A stretch of 64,000 nt of DNA from the human T2T-CHM13v2.0 reference genome, Homo sapiens (GCA_009914755.4 CP068257.2:26784001-26848000), one strand, 5' to 3'; shown: positions 40,857-56,885, counted from the first letter of the stretch. The notes: generated by a model not told the origin, from the letters alone. Program-made: numbers and translations.

Positions 40857-42380
40857 AAAATTATGCACTCTCAATATTGAGATCCACAGACTTCACTCTT
40901 TCCAAATATTTTCAAGTAAGGAGATAACCTTCAAACTACAAAGTAATGAAGCCTGATACGTATCTGAACTGAAGACCCTTTGCTTCCCCATAAGAATGGT
41001 TCTGACTCAGGTAATTAACCACATAGCAGTTTTAGATGTGAAGATCAAGTGGACTAACGGAGCCATATGGAATTGAGATCACATCAGTTTAGGAGGTTAT
41101 TGACTCTGACATCTGACATCAGTTTAAATCTGAAGCCAGAATTTATGAGCTGCTTAAAGGTATGCTTTTAACTTCTAGGAACTAAATGTTCTCATGGTAG
41201 CAAGCACAGTTGGAAATCTTAAGAGACTTAGATTTGCTGGCTTGGGCAGTGGATATGCATGATTACCTGAAATACTGGAAAATGTAAGAGGAATATTAGT
41301 GACTCTGAAGAATTCAGTCAAAGTTGAAGAATCTGGCTATAGATTGCATTTGAGCAGAATCCAGAACTAGTAAATTGGTGAACAATGCCCTACGCACAAT
41401 GTTACTAAATAAATAGTAAGCAGACAATATTTATTTCACGAGTAAGAAAAGTTTAAAGTAACCTCAGAACATTTTTCTTTAAAACCAAGCCATTATTGTC
41501 CTGTAAAGACAATTTCTTTACTAGCAGAAACCATATTTATAGTTTGATTTAGGTCATTGTTACATTATGGTGAAATTCCTCTTGAGTTAATACCATAAAA
41601 GGTAATTTAAGATACTGACTCTTTCCAAATAGAATATTAGTTTCTCTTGTAACCAAATACAATGGTGATACTCTCCAAAAGCAATCCTTTGACTAGAAGT
41701 TGGCCCTCACGTTGGGGCAAAGGTTTTAAGCTTGCTTCGTGCTAAATAAAGGCAGTCAATTCCTTCTTTTTCTTCTATATGGTTGGGCACTGATACTCCA
41801 GAGGGAAAGTTTCCCATAAAGGCAAACATAATATCTCTTCATCTCCTGATACTCCAAAGAGCTCCATTCCAAACAAGCTGATGTTACAGTCTAAGACTAG
41901 ACTCTGTCAATGTATTGTTGCCATCACTCATTTCAGTTTTGCCAAGAACTTCTAAAGCGGTGACAGACCGAATCAGTCTAAGAAAACCCATATGGACATT
42001 CTCTCAAAAGCATATTATAGTAGCTAATGAATACTATATATCTTTAGAAATGATACGGTATAAAGTATTAGATATTTCACAGACCTACACATTGATATAA
42101 GTACACTTTTACTCTTCCCAGAATATGTTTAATTAAATAATAACAAGAACAATGAAAACCTGAATATAAGGTACATTATGTCAAAAGAAATGCTGGGCTT
42201 TGGGACTTTAATTTAGATTTTTTTTTTATTTTTAGTGAAGATCTATTAATTGTGTACTTGGGCCAAGGAGCATATTAAATATCAGTAATTTAAAGAATAA
42301 TAAAAGACTGTCATTACCACACATAAATTCACAACTCAATAGAGAGAAGTGAACATATTACAAATAATTATAAAACAGAG

Positions 42381-42794
<414 letters not shown>

Positions 42795-43722
42795 TCACAT
42801 GGGGAAAGGAGCAAGTGTAAAGTCAGGGCTGCCTGCAAACACAGTGTCTTTGGGGACTGGATATGGGCTGGAAGGTTCATCATTATGGCATAGAATGGAT
42901 TAAAAAGAATATCAGGAAATAAGGCTAAGAAGCCATGAAAAAGTCTCCATCACTCTTCACAAAATAATGTTATTTTTTGATAGATGATTTTCTAAAGAAA
43001 TAACGTAAAATTTCTTAATAAAAGTAGGCAATATGAAACTGTCCACCAAAATAGGAAATATTTGTGGAAAAAGAATACAATCTTATGACCACATACCCAT
43101 GTGAAGCTGAAAATTCCATTTTACAGAATCATAAACATTGCTTTTTGAAGTCACAGACAACTCTAATAATTCATAATTATAAGGAAACTAAACAGAAAGA
43201 TGCAAACTAGGTCAGGAATGTAGGGCACTAATCATCTGATCCTATTCTGTCCGTTTTAAAATCCTGAAGACTAATTCTTCCAATATGTGGAATTACAAGT
43301 TTGGCTTTTTTCTCATCTTAATGCAAAAGCAAAATAAAAATAAATTCAAATCTTTAGAACTAAAAGTGATGTGTGGGTTTTGGACCATTTCAGCAGGAAT
43401 GGTAGTTTCTTGTGCTCTGTCCTCAGTATTATGGAGTAGTTCAGTGCAGTATTCACAGACATTCTGGGGAAAAACAATCTTATAATAAAGCAGATGAATG
43501 AGTTGTGCTTCAGCCACTCCTCTGCCTGTCCTTCCCTTACCCACCACACTTTAAGGCATTATATTACTGCAAAAGAAGATTCTAAAAAAGCACTCTGCCA
43601 GATGACTGAAAAACAATATATATGTTTTTAAAAAGGAACATTTACTGAAGTAAAAAAAGATCTATAATTCAAGGAGAGTGAGATTTTGAATCTTAATCTT
43701 CCAAAATATGCTCTCATTTTGA

Positions 43723-44129
<407 letters not shown>

Positions 44130-45984
44130 TAGGACAGTGGATTCAAACATAAAAAAAATTAATTGCAACATGGCATGAAAATGAAATAAAACTATATGTT
44201 CTTAGATAATTTCTGAAAAATTCACATCATCTTTGCATGTTTTTTGTCTCCTCTACATGAACAACCATAATCTGTAAGTGTTGAGTCTTAAAGTAGAGCA
44301 ATTTAAAAATGCGTTATTTTGGCAGGCAAATAAAAAACTTTTAAACATTTTTCTCTATATTTCCTAAAAAAAATTATCTTAACTTTCTAATGGGCTATGG
44401 AGATAATAACAAGAGGTCCCAGCTTCTATTAAGATCCTGGAAGGGCTATAGCCAAAACAAACCAAATCGTCTTTTCCAAAACTAAAACCCAACTTCAGAT
44501 CAGCTCAGTCACAGACTGCTTAAGGCTAATCTTCACCTACTTTAATTCTCTGCCAAAAAGAAAAAGTAAATTCTTGCTGGGGGGAAAATACATTAGCAAG
44601 ATCCCCAAATAATCCCTAAAATATTTCATTTCAATTATCTGACATTCAATAAAAAGTTACCAGACATACAAGGAAAACTGACCAAATGACTAAATTGAGA
44701 GAAAAATCAGAATGAATGAAGTCCAGAAAGAAGAACTACTAGAAATAGACCTTACAGTAATTACAATACATCTATTTAGTAAAACAGATGACAAGATGTA
44801 GAATTTCATTTCCCAAACACTGGAATGTATAATAAAGATTTAGTTCTAGACAATGGTAATAAACTAATTGTAGGACTAGCCCTAGAAAACCATCCTGAAA
44901 AATACAATTACTGAAAATAACATATCAATAGGTGAGTTTAACAACAGACCATCTATGATAGAGAATTAATGAGCTAGGTGATAGGTAAAAATAAAAAGAA
45001 GCAAAAAAGTAATTTATGATATTGGTTCAAGATAATTGCTGAGTTGGGGGAGGAGGAATATAGTGCCGAAATGCAAACATCTTCTGGTGTTTTGGCAATG
45101 TTCTATTACTTGAAATGAATAGCGGTTATAAGGGAATATTCACCTTGTGAAAATTCATAAAGTTATGCAGGTAAAAATGCATAAAACTTATCATTCATGT
45201 ACTTTTCTATGTGTATATTTGAGTGAACAAAACATGGACTTTTGGCCTGGGAGTAAAAGCCTCCTGAGCTCAATTATCTTTCCTCCATTTTTTCCAGAGA
45301 AATTTTTCTATTGGTGGGGAAAATAGCTTCTGTTTTCATAATCACGCATGTTGCTGCAATGCAATGATGATGTGATCAAGAGCACCTATCTGCTATGTAA
45401 CCCTGAGTCATGAGTTCGTTTGACTAACCATATCAGAGAAGCTAATGGGGAAAACTCACCCTTTCAACCCAGAACATACATTGAGTGCCTTTTTGTTACT
45501 CTCTGCACATATCCTGTATAGCGTCTTCTGAGCAGCATTTTGCCATAGAGAAGGATATATGACCTTAGGAGGCGACGGATCAGTCTTAAATCTGCTCTTG
45601 GCAATGAATACATTTAACATCTGAGCATCTAAAACCATGGCATGGGAAAGGTTTTTTCCACTCTTAAAATAGGCTGAATTTATAGTGATTTGCTTAGTAA
45701 AACTCCATTTACTAGACAAAAAAATCAGTAAACTATTGCTCATGGACCAAACCCAGCTCATATCTTACAAATATACAAATGCAGATTATAAGCCCTGTGA
45801 TCCAAAGATGTTTTTTACATTTTTTACAGAAGTTTTTTAAGAAGTGCTGTGAGATAGAGATTTTTTACTACCAGGTCCTATACAGAAAAAGTTTGTTTAC
45901 TCTTGCACTGGATCTTTGATCATTTGCCCAAAGTACCTAACAAAATAAAATAAACTCCTGGTTGGAAAATACTAAAATCTTCAG

Positions 45985-46708
45985 TGATGGTTAATTTCAT
46001 GTGTCAACATGGCTAGACCACAGTACCCAGATATTTGGTTAAACACCGGTTTTGATATTTCTGTGAAGGTATTTTTTAGATAAGAGTAGAATTTAAATCA
46101 GTAGACTTTGACTAAAGCAAATTATCCTCCATAATGTGGTAGACCTCATCTAACCATTTGAAGGCCTTAAGAGAAATGAGACTAAGGTCCCATGAGAGTG
46201 AATTCTGCCTCCAGAATGTCTTCAGGCTGGAGCTGCAACATCTGCCCTTCCCTATTTCTCCAGCCTACTGGCCTACTCCACGGATTTTAGACTTGCCAGT
46301 CCCACAGTTACATTAGCCAATTCCTTAAAATAATGTAGGAAAAGTAGGACAGAGATCTAAATTACAGCATTAGGATGATAGTTAACAAAATTACATTGCA
46401 TACTAGAAATTTACTAAGAGAGTAATTTTAGCTAGTTTTACCACACACACACAGACATACATACAAGGGTAACTCTGTGAGATGACGAGTATGTTAATTT
46501 TCTTGTCTCTAGTAATCATTTCAATATGCATATCAAAACACTATGTTATATATTTTAAACATAAATTTAAAAAATACTGTGCATGTATATCTATAGATAG
46601 ATGATATAGATAGACATACATATATCTTGTTTTCTCAGTTCTATTGCTTCTGTTTCTATATTTCTGTTACTCTATTGGCCCTGTTTCTCTGGAGAACCCT
46701 AACTCATA
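45985..46708 (+). mobile_element. MaLR-type LTR (MST/MLT-like family; subfamily not resolved), with an inserted or expanded segment of about 330 bp near its 3' end
   Basis: 'tgatggttaatttcatgtgtcaacatggctagaccacagtacccagatatttggttaaacacc...cagtagactttgactaaagcaaattatcctccataatgtggtagacctcatctaaccatttgaaggccttaagagaaatgagactaag...ctgcctccagaatgtcttcaggctggagctgcaac...ctccagcctactggcctac...ttagacttgccagtcccacagttacattagccaattccttaaaataa ... ctattggccctgtttctctggagaaccctaactcatac'. It is colinear with the copy at 58625-59072. Confidence 0.55.
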
Positions 46709-47433
46709 CACCTTTGATAGCCAAACTCTGGCCAAATTATCTTCTCTCAATGACCCAAGAGACAACATATATGAGAAGTAGTAACCTAAAAGACATTAAA
46801 AGAGTAGAAGAGTCAAGTAATACTAGCGTTCTTTTGAGAAGAAAATGAGCTACTGTGATGGATTCATTGCAAAAGAAGAAGAGTGGTTTCAAATTTCTAT
46901 TCATCTTTATATACATTTTCTTTACAATGTGATTTTGAAGCTCCTCTTATCTATTTTCCCACTCCTTGAATCTAGGCTGGCCTTGTGACGTATGCTATTC
47001 CAGCTCTAGACCTCGAAAAGCCTTCCTTACTTTCATTCCGTCTTTTGTTCCTTTGCCTTTTCCGTAAGACAAGTTCAAGCTAGCCAGCTAGAGCTGAAAC
47101 ACAATATAGAGTATAGCCTAGTCATCTCAGCCCCTAGCTCACCAGCTAACTGCAAAAACAATGAACAGCTGAACTCAACTCATATTAGCAGAATTGTCCA
47201 GCAAACAGAGATGCTTAAAAAATAATAAAGTATTGTTATTCTGGAATAATAAAATGTGTAGGAGACCATTGATTTATACTAAGCTCCTATGCTGGGTCCA
47301 ACAAAGCAAATCAATATGGAGTCATTCATGTTAAATGAAACTAATTAACTTGAGAGTATACTTATAGCTGAGTTGCAGTTAGATACAGCTGCTGAAGTTT
47401 AGTCAATTGTGGATGGCCAGTGGATCCAAATAA

Positions 47434-47805
<372 letters not shown>

Positions 47806-49408
47806 TAAATGCTGTCTGACCATGTAGCAGGCAGAAGTTCTTAGAAACTGTTCTGGTTCTGAGGACTGCCCGATTTGAGAATTGTTGCTTTTGAGGATTT
47901 TTGCACAAATAAACGCTGATAAATTAAAACAATTTATCAGAGTTTTTTTTAAGTTGAGATTTTTTTAACACCCAGCAAACACAGGTGCATGAGAATTAAT
48001 AAATTATTGTTATTCTAAGTAGCAAGTTTTTGAGGTGGTTTATTATATAACATTATTGTGGTGATAGAAAACTGATATATCCTAATTGAGAAACTGAGCC
48101 TGTTATTGTGTCTTTTACCCATCTCTGATCATCTAGCATCTGAGTATGGATGGTCTAGTTCACATGAAGGATGCTAATTGTGCTTAATTTCATACCCACA
48201 GAGAATACACAAAGAAAATCCTGTTTTTGTAAGTCTTGTCAGACATAAAGAATAATTTTCCTGGACTTCTGACAAAAACCAAACCAATCTCAGATTGGAC
48301 AATTTTTTTTCTGATATAGCCAGAATTCAACATGAATGTGGAAAGACCAAGTGATAATTTAATGCAACAAAAACAAAAGCTGTAAATAAAGGAAGAACAC
48401 AGGATGAATTATTTGGGTGTATATACAAGATTTCTGATGAATAGCTTCGAACCTTTTTGAGGAGATTATTAGGCAAGTTGAGATACATTACCTAGGGAAC
48501 GAGTAGATTTGTTTTCTGTTCATGAGAAAAAACTCATAAATAAAATGCAAAGAACTAGAAAATTATATGTTTAATTATCAAATTCAGTAAAAGCCATTCA
48601 ATTATTTTTTAAGCAATCTTAACATTTTGGGGAAGCTTAGTCTCAAATTTTTCAGAAAATGCATCAAAGATGAAACAGCAATTCAATAACAGCAAAGAGT
48701 AAATACATGTTAGTGCTTATTAGTAAGAATCGGAAAACATATACATCATTTGCTACTTAATGAAGAGTAAAAATTGTAGTCCATGCCGATTCTTCATGTT
48801 AAGTTTATTCATACAGAAGTCTCAACATTAAAAAATTCTTCCGAAAAAAAGACATAGCTAAAATCAAAGGAGTACTGAACAAAATTGAGACCCAAAAATC
48901 CATATGAAGAATCAACAAAAACAAAAGTTAGATTTTTCAAAGAATAAACAGGATTGACAGACTGCTGCTTAAATTGACAAAGAAAAAAAGACTAGGGTGA
49001 CATTACAACTGATACCACAAAAATACAAAAGATCCTCAGAGACTGTTATGAACAGAAATGGATAAATGCCTGGAAACACATAACCTCCGAAGATTGAATA
49101 AAGACTGAATTGAAGCCATATACAGACCAATATTGAGGTCTGAAATTCAATCAGTAATAAAAATTCTACCAACCAAAAAAAAAGCCCCAGACTAGATAGA
49201 TTCACAGCCAAATTCTACCAGATGCACAAAGAAGAGTTAGTAATAATTCTACTAAAACTACTCCAAAAACTTGAGCAGGAGGGACTCCCCTGTAATTCAT
49301 TCTATGAAGCCAGCATCACTCCGATACCAAAATCTGACAAAGATACTACAAAAAAGAAAACTATAGGCCAATATTCCTGATGAACAAGACACAAAATTCC
49401 TCAACCAA

Positions 49409-49660
49409 ATGCTAGCAAACATTCAGCAGGACATCAAAGAATTAATTCACCATGATCAACTAGGCTTCATTCTTGGGATGCAAGGTTGGTTCAACATCTA
49501 CAAATCAATAAATGTGCTTCACCACATAAATATAATTAAAACCAAAAACCATATGATCATTTCAGTAGACATGGAAATGCTTTTGTTAAAACCCAACATC
49601 ACTCCATTATTTTTAAAAACTCTCAACAAACTAGACATTGAAGGAACATACCTCAAATAA
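49409..49660 (+). pseudogene. L1 ORF2 reverse-transcriptase-domain remnant (not a host gene)
   Basis: The track ORF '[83 protein letters not shown]' aligns to L1 ORF2 '...[79 protein letters not shown]'. The catalytic FADD(M) motif follows downstream ('[15 protein letters not shown]'). Stops and frameshifts flank it. Confidence 0.85.
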
Positions 49661-50689
49661 TAAGAGTCATCTATGACAAACCCACAACCAACATCACACT
49701 GAATAGACAAAAGCTGGAAGCATACCCCTTGAGAACTGGAACAAACAAGGATATCCACTCTCACCACTCCTATTCAACATAGTACCTGAAGTCCTAGCCA
49801 GAGTAATCAGGCAAGATAAAGAAATAAAAAGGAATCTAAACAGAAAGAGAAGAAGTCAAAATATCTCTCTTTGCTGATGATATGATTCTATACCTAGAAA
49901 ACCCTAAATATCCTGCCAAGAGGCTCCTGGAATTGATACAGTATTTCAGTAAAGTTTCAGGACACAAAGTTGATGTACAAAAATTAGTAACAATTCAATA
50001 CCCAAAAAACATTCAAGCTGAGAACCAAATAAAAAATACAACCCCATTTACAATAGCCACAAAAAAATAAAATACATAGGAATATACCTAACCAAGGAGG
50101 TGAAAGATGTCTACAAGGAGAGTTATATAACACCGCTGAAAGAAATTATAGATGACACAAACAAGTGGAAAAACATTCCATGATAATATACTGGAAGATG
50201 TAATATCATTAAAATGCCCATACTAACCAAAGCAATCTACAGAATGAATATTATTTCTCTCAAACTACCAATATCATTTTTCACAGAATTAGAAAAAAAA
50301 AACTATTTTAAAATACATTTGGAACCAAAAAAGAGCCTTAATAGCCAAAGCAATCCTAAACAAAAAGAACAAACCTGGAAGCATAACGTTACCTAACTTC
50401 AAACTATACTAAAACACTACAGTAACCAAACAGCAAGGTACTGGTACAAAAAGAGACACATAAACCAATGGAACAGAATACAGTACCCAGAAATAAAGCT
50501 TCATACCTATAGCCATCTGATTTTTGACAAAGTCCACAAAAATAAGCAATGGAGAAAGGAGTCCCTATTCAATAATTGCTGCTGGGACAGCTGACTAGCC
50601 ACATGCAGGTGAAGCTGGACCCTTACCATTCACCATATACAAAAATTAATGCTAAAAAATTTAATGTGAGACCTCATATCTTGTGTACC

Positions 50690-50855
50690 CCATATATATT
50701 TATATAATATATATTATATATTAATATATAATATATACTATATATAATCTCAATGAGGTGTACATATATAAATATATAATATATATTATATTACATATTA
50801 TATATAATGTATTTATAATATAATATATATTATGTAATACATATCTATATATTAT
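50690..50855. repeat. AT-rich compound simple repeat inside the L1
   Basis: 'catatatatttatataatatatattatatattaatatataatatatactatatataatct...atatataaatatataatatatattatattacatattatatataatgtatttataatataatatatattatgtaatacatatctatatattatgtaccc', bounded by near-repeats '...cttgtgtaccc' and '...ttatgtaccc'. Confidence 0.85.
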
Positions 50856-51055
50856 GTACCCACAAAAATTAAAAATTAAAACATTTCATAATACAAAAAA
50901 ATGCAGGACCTTAAACTGTAAGAATCCTGGAAGAAGAAAAGCTAGGAAACACTATTCTGGACATTAGCCTTAGGAAAGAATTTTTTACTAAGTCCTCAAA
51001 AGCAATTGCAACAAAAACAAAATTGGACAATTGGGACCTAAACTAAAGAGTTTCC

Positions 51056-51356
<301 letters not shown>

Positions 51357-51705
51357 GAGTTTCTGCACAGCAAAAGAAACTATTAACAGAATGAACAGAC
51401 AAACTACACAGTGGGAGAAAATATTCCCAAACTATGCATCTGACAAAGGTCTAATATTCAGAATCTATAAGGAACTTAAACAATTGAACAAGCAAAAAAC
51501 AAATAACCCTATCAAAACCTGGTCAAAAGACATGAACAGATGTACAGACACTTCTCAAAAGAAAACATACAAGCAGCCAACAAACATATGAAAAACAGAG
51601 AAAGTCAAACCAAAACCACAATGAGATACCATCTCACACGAGTCAGAATGGCTATTATTGAAAAGTCGAAACAGCAGATGCTGGTAAGGCTGTGAAGAAA
51701 AGGGA

Positions 51706-51987
51706 GTGCTTATACACTGTCAGTGGGAATGTAAATTAGTTCAGCCACTGTGGAAAGCAGTCTGGAGATTTCTCAAAGAACTTAAAATAGCAGTACCATT
51801 ACACCCAGCATTCCCACTACTGGGTATATACCCAAAAGAAAAAGTATTCTACCAAAAAGACACATGCACTTGTATGTTTATTGCAGGACTATTCACAATA
51901 GCAAAGACATGGAATCCACATAAGGTACCCATCAATGGTGGATTTGATAAAGAAAAGATGGCAACAAAAGACACTGGGAACTACTAG
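51706..51987 (+). pseudogene. L1 ORF2 C-terminal remnant (not a host gene)
   Basis: The track ORF 'MLIHCQWECKLVQPLWKAVWRFLKELKIAVPLHPAFPLLGIYPKEKVFYQKDTCTCMFIAGLFTIAKTWNPHKVPINGGFDKEKMATKDTGNY' aligns to L1 ORF2 '...TLLHCWWDCKLVQPLWKSVWRFLRDLELEIPFDPAIPLLGIYPKDYKSCCYKDTCTRMFIAALFTIAKTWNQPKCP...'. Confidence 0.85.
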
Positions 51988-54318
51988 AGGGAAGAGAGAT
52001 GGAGGATGACAAGGGCTGAAAAACTAACTATTGGGTACTATCCTCGTTACCTGGGTAATGATGGTGTCATTTGTACCCCAAACGTCAGCATCACACAATA
52101 TACTCATGTAACAAACCTTCACAGGTACCTCTGAATCTAAAATAAAAGTTGAAGTCATTTTTTTATTCTGTTAAGTATATATTATATTACAGTTGTTTTT
52201 GAAGGTTTTTTAACTAGACTACATACACTTCTTCATGAACAACACAAATGCAAGAGATTAAAAATGTGTTTATTTATTCAGGGCTAACAGAAATAATGTG
52301 TAACCTCAATATACCTTTATCCTGATGAATTGAGTTTGGGAGCTAAGTTATCTGGACAAGGGTCTTTAATAATATAAAATAATAAGTGTGTGTTTTCAAG
52401 CAAAACAGGTAACAATTCCCACGCATTTATCTAATGAAAATTATAACTCATCAACTGGAAAAGAAGAAATACTTTTACCTAGATATAGTCAGAATGAATA
52501 CGTATTTTTAAAATTTTCAATTTAATTTGCTATAGTAGCATTGTTTATTGCTGGAAAAGTTGCTTGGGAAATATTTTGATCACATTTCTCCAAAATGTAA
52601 ATCTAGCCATATTTTATTGCACAACTCCAAAACTAAACCTCATCTTTTTTATGAGTTAAGTAACCAATACAAAATATCAGAGCCTCCTGAGTTTCTCATA
52701 CTTTAAAAAAAATAGAAGCAGGGAGAAAAAAATGCCTTTTATAGAATTTCAGGACAACCTCATACATTCTAACTTTTATGACAACCTAAGATTTTCAGAT
52801 TTAAAAGGGGAAATTAAAGATGGTTTCACATTTCATCAACAGTGTGGGAAATAAACATTCAAGAAATTACTTTTGCATCATGTGTCATAATTCATGTGAC
52901 CTTGGCTCAAGGCAAGCTTGTACTACAGTGTTGAGCTGTCAGAGAGAGAGGGGAGAACAGCAGGGCTGAGGCTGAGAGAGATTGTCTTAGCTATGGGCTG
53001 ACTGCAGAGAGGTACCGAACAGTCTAACAGTCACACTGTTATGGGGAAGAGAGGGCTTCAGTTTGATCTGCACTGATGTTATCCTCCAAGACAGCATGGT
53101 CTGCTGAGTGTGTATATTTATAGAACTATTTGCCTGTGGGTTCATGCCTGGCTCTCCTTCCTCTCCTTTAGCCCCAACAAACCAACTCTGTTCTGTAACA
53201 TAGCAGGTGGGGTCCACCCTGCAGTCTGCATATCCCAGATCTCAGTATTTGACTTTCTAGCTTCCCATTGAGTTCAGCCAATAGGGAGAACCCTCGGGAG
53301 ATGTGATGATGGAGGGAAGGAAGAAGCTTGGGTAATCTCTCTGTTCCCCTCTGCATTAGGCAGAGTATCCGGAAAGGGCTATATCTTCACCAAGCTCCCG
53401 TGCCCTCTGCACTAAAACTGCTGTGGTTCTAGCTTCTATTAGGCCACTCTATTCCTGGAGTCTGGCAAAACTGCCTTCTCCAGTCCTGTAATAACTAATG
53501 TATTGGTTAGCTCCCCATTCCTTTTGGTATCTCAGCTCTTCCGCCATCTATGTGATCAATTTCTACAAATTAATCGTTCTTGGTTTTAATATTTGGAATT
53601 GTTTCCATTTGTTCTGACTGATACAATGAGAATTTATCTGTCCCTTGGATTTCATGGGTAGAGGCAGTAATTCCACTTGGAGTGGGTGGGCTCTTTCATA
53701 GTGGTTCATGAGGGCTATGGACTATAAAGACAGGATGTATGCCCCATCCTCATGCGGAAAGGGATTGTAAGAGATGTTTAACAGTCCCAGAAAGGTGGGC
53801 TGGGAATCACAGCAGATACACAGTCTAAAAGAAGGATCAAGAATACACTCAGGTTCCAAGGCTGAGGCCCATTCACACGACCTATAACTGTAGCAGGAGT
53901 GGTTGAGGAGGGGGGGGTGGAAGGAAAGTCTGTAATTCAGGGGATATATGGGCTCACTCTAGGCACACAAAATATTTTATTTAAGGAAGCAAGTCTCACA
54001 CCAGTCCCAAATCATGCATGGAGATAGCCTTCCCAATTCTTCCCAGATTAGTGAAAATTGGCCCAGGGACTGGGTGAAGCTGAGCTCATCAAATTTAAGG
54101 GTTTGGGAATTCACCTTCAGGTAAAACTGAAATAAACATCTTTTGAAAGATCCCAGCAAAATTATTGCTAGTGATAAAACCAGCTTCCAAGATTTGGTAA
54201 TGTTTTCTATTCTTCTAATCACTCTTCTACTCTTGTAATTCTATTCAGACCATTTGTCCTGTTTTCTCTTTCAAAATACCATTTATCTTCAATGTCAATA
54301 ATCCTTTCTAGAATCTTG

Positions 54319-54476
54319 CTGGTCAAAGTGTGGTGCAAAGATGGGCAGCCTTGGTATCATCTGGCAGCTTATTAAAAATTCAGAATCTCAGGCTCCACCT
54401 TAGGTTTACTGAATTAGAATCTGCATTTGAACAAGATGCCCAGGGGATTCATGCATACATTAAAGTTTTAGAAGCA
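54319..54476 (+). mobile_element. MER5A-like hAT-Charlie MITE
   Basis: 'ctggtcaaagtgtggtgcaaagatgggcagccttggtatcatctggcagcttattaaaaattcagaatctcaggctccaccttaggtttactgaattagaatctgcatttgaacaagatgcccaggggattcatgcatacattaaagttttagaa' follows the remembered MER5A consensus nearly block-for-block (CAGTGGTTCTCAAAGTGTGGTCC...CATCACCTGGGAACTTGTTAGAAATGCAGATTCTCGGGCCCCACCCCAGACCTACTGAATCAGAAACTCTGG...CAAGCCCTCCAGGTGATTCTGATGCACGCTAAAGTTTGAGAA). Confidence 0.6.
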
Positions 54477-56757
54477 CTTTAGGAGAAAGTAATTTAATTC
54501 AAGTAGCAACTAATATGATTAAAACACTCTTAGCATAGTATTAGAGCACAGAGAAGAATTTTTTTCCTTAAAGATTACAGTGAACCATAAAATACACACA
54601 AACAAAAAAGTTAATGTGAGTTCAGGATTTTATTTTTTTACTTATATACTGCATGAAACCAACGAGCCCTAGATGATTTATTTAACCCTTTTCTGTTTAT
54701 TCTACATGACAAATATTAATATAAGGGCTGTTGGCATAAAATGAGAGGCAGCAGCAAGAATGAAGACTGGTCAAAGGGACAAATCATAGGACTGAACATC
54801 AAAGAACCTTAATTTTCTTCCCATGTTTATGACCTCTCTGCTATGTGCTTGGATGCATAATGCCTCTTCCCTTGCTAAAAATGTTTATTCCACTGGAAGT
54901 TTATCGTATAATCAGAATGAATAATGGTCATACTATGCAAATTTTATATAATATTAGAGAGTCTTGTAGAATTTTGCTCAAAATGCTAATACCAAATTAC
55001 AGATTTACCAAGATATTTGGAATAGAAAGTATTAAAGTGGTTAAAGGCTGGTGGGGGGAAAAGAGTAGAGCTTTCCAGGTTAAAAAATAAAATAAAAAAA
55101 TAAGTTTTGTTTTTATGTCAAAGTCTTTTTGAAAATTATTTTTCTTTTTTTGGAGAGAGGAGGCATCTTCCTAATAACACCAGAAAATATATTAAGTATG
55201 TAAAGAGAGAAAAGCTGTCTACCTAACATCCTGAAAATACTGAGTGATTGAAGATAAGAAGACAAAGGAGTCGTAAAAGCTCTGGAAAACATTGAGGGAA
55301 AGTAATCAATAAACTTTCTACCATCAAGATTTTAAAGTAAAGCTGTGTATTATGTCTGCTTTAAGTTGTATGACTCCAAGTCCCCAGTAGAGAGGTAACC
55401 ATTACATTACAGTTTCCTTTGATTCCTTACCACTTCACACGATTTTTTGGTAAAATTCCCTATGTAGTGGCCTTAAAAAATATTATTTAGTATATTTAAA
55501 ATTTGTATATGTTATAATATAGCCTAAGTTTTTAAAATATGAGTGTATTTATGACTCATTTTTATTTTAAGATGTAAGTACATATTCCTAAATCTGATAT
55601 AGGGTTCTAGTTGCACTGACTGTTGAAAACTGACATCTGAGTTGGAAAGGAGAGAAATGTTTAAAATAGAGACATGTTGAACTCACCAAATAAGGAGGGA
55701 AAGAAGAGAGAAGAAGAAGAAAAGAAATAAGAATGTATGTTTCTGCAAGTTCAACAATTATGTGTGTTAACGCAGGAGCTTAAAGTAGGAGCTCTGGAGT
55801 ACACAGACTCAGAGCACCATGAACATAGTTGGGAGGCACAGCAGGTTAACAGAGATACGGAGTGAAGAGATAGCTGGAGGATGCATGGCCTATAGGATCT
55901 ATTGCTTGGAAGAAGTCAGGAGGGCACAAGACAAGCTGAGACTGCAGTGAAAGACCTGAATTTTCCACCTTGAGAGGATGAGCTATAGTGAAGTGCCTTC
56001 ATTTGCCCAAGCCCTCAAAGCTAACTCAGAAGTTAACTCCTTAATACAGTTTTCTTTAATGTCCAGATTCAAGACACCCTTTGCTCTTTACTCTTCCCCA
56101 GTACTTTTCCTCTGCATACTCTTATAAATATGGTAGCCATGAATCTCAGTCTGCAAACCCAATTTTTTTAACTTTAAAATTTTTAGGCTTTAAATCCAGC
56201 ATTTTAAAAACTTTTGATCTAATTTAATCTGTCTCAGAGTCCCTAAAATCCACAGAGATTATGAGAATGTCAATCCCAAACAACCCTGAAGCCACTACTG
56301 AGGTAGGAGACCAGCTGGACTTAATTCCAGGTTCTGATGGGATGAAATGAAAAAACCACCAAGAACCAGCAGATGGCCAAGAAAGTGATCCCTAGCTGGC
56401 CTCATTGCTCATTAGCATGAGACACTCCCACCAGTGCCATGACAGTTTGCAAATGCCATTGCAACCACCTGGAAGCTACTGTCCCTTTCCATGACAATGA
56501 CCAGGAGGTTACCACCTCTTTGCTAAAAAGTTCTGTATAACCTGACCCTCAATTTGCATTACCTCACCCCTTGATTTGCATGTAACTGAAAGTGCACATA
56601 CGTGACTATAAATACAGTTTCCTACAGCCAACAAGCACAGCTCATGGCTCTAGGCACAATGTCTATGAGTTCTGGTCTGCAAGGAACAGCTCCAGTTCAA
56701 TAAAAGATCACTATCCAGCACCACTGGTTTACCCTTGAATTCTTTCCTGAATAAAGG

Positions 56758-56885
56758 CAAGAGCCCTCTCAGGCTAAGCCCCAGTTTGGAGGCTTGTCTG
56801 TCGACCTACATCAATATAAGTCAAGAGCCCTCTCAGGCTAAGCCCCAGTTTGAGGGTTTATCTGTCCACTTGCATCTCTACCATT
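56758..56885. repeat. 64-bp tandem duplication (x2)
   Basis: 'caagagccctctcaggctaagccccagtttggaggcttgtctgtcgacctacatcaatataagt' is directly followed by 'caagagccctctcaggctaagccccagtttgagggtttatctgtccacttgcatctctaccatt'. Confidence 0.85.
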
